Positions 63,901 through 64,000 of a stretch of 64,000 nt of DNA are shown piece after piece. This stretch comes from Anthoceros angustus. Taxonomy: Eukaryota > Plantae > Anthocerotophyta. The notes beneath the pieces were generated by a model. That model was not told the origin of the DNA. It saw nothing but the letters and a program-made list of their open reading frames with translations, and did not search any database. The position numbers and the translations under genes were made by a program. The stretch is from the NCBI GenBank assembly GCA_010909165.1, contig VJWM01000103.1, positions 868,001 through 932,000 on the forward strand, given 5' to 3'. Each line of letters begins with the position of its first letter. The stretch's first letter is position 1.

Positions 63901-64000
63901 TCAGCTAGGAAAACCGGGATCTGGTGGCACTTGCTCATCGCGATACTTGTACCGGCCAACCACATCATACTCTACAGCAAGAGGTCCTGGAACGTGCCTC
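60987..64000 (+). CDS. SAS6: Centriole cartwheel protein SAS-6, multi-exon, 3' end outside the window
   Basis: PISA-region DPFFLYSMEVNEDDFQCLKVDQCILVDFSTFPHKFIELLEHC...PPR|F, ETNQFKHLSHLSL, YLAGRL, followed by coiled-coil exons. Confidence 0.92.

Overview
Eukaryotic nuclear DNA from a compact-genome, seed-free land plant. Short GT-AG introns, SAS-6 (flagellated sperm), a phi-class GST, a MES esterase and DUF26-like proteins point to a hornwort- or lycophyte-like source; the species cannot be fixed from sequence alone. Intact spliced genes: methylesterase, a 4x ZZ-finger protein, CDC20, a CDC25 phosphatase, CLC channel, separase, O-fucosyltransferase-family protein, GAPN (ALDH11), MFS transporter, GSTF and SAS-6 (runs off the end). 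Between them lie TE islands: a decayed chromovirus, a CACTA end, several copies of a CRE-clade non-LTR retrotransposon, Copia and Harbinger fragments, a TA-flanked MITE and minisatellites. There are also two AT-rich secreted DUF26-like genes, a partial separase duplicate and a frameshifted microbial-like gene. Headline: an AT-rich five-exon gene at 15056-16547 (-), invisible in the ORF track, splices into a 300-aa canonical (animal/fungal-type) CDC25 phosphatase with DCRYFFEYAGGHIKGA and HCEYSHIRGP motifs. This enzyme is generally held to be absent from land plants. It sits about 530 bp upstream of CDC20, in a window that also holds separase and SAS-6. All gene models were assembled by hand; no database searches were run.
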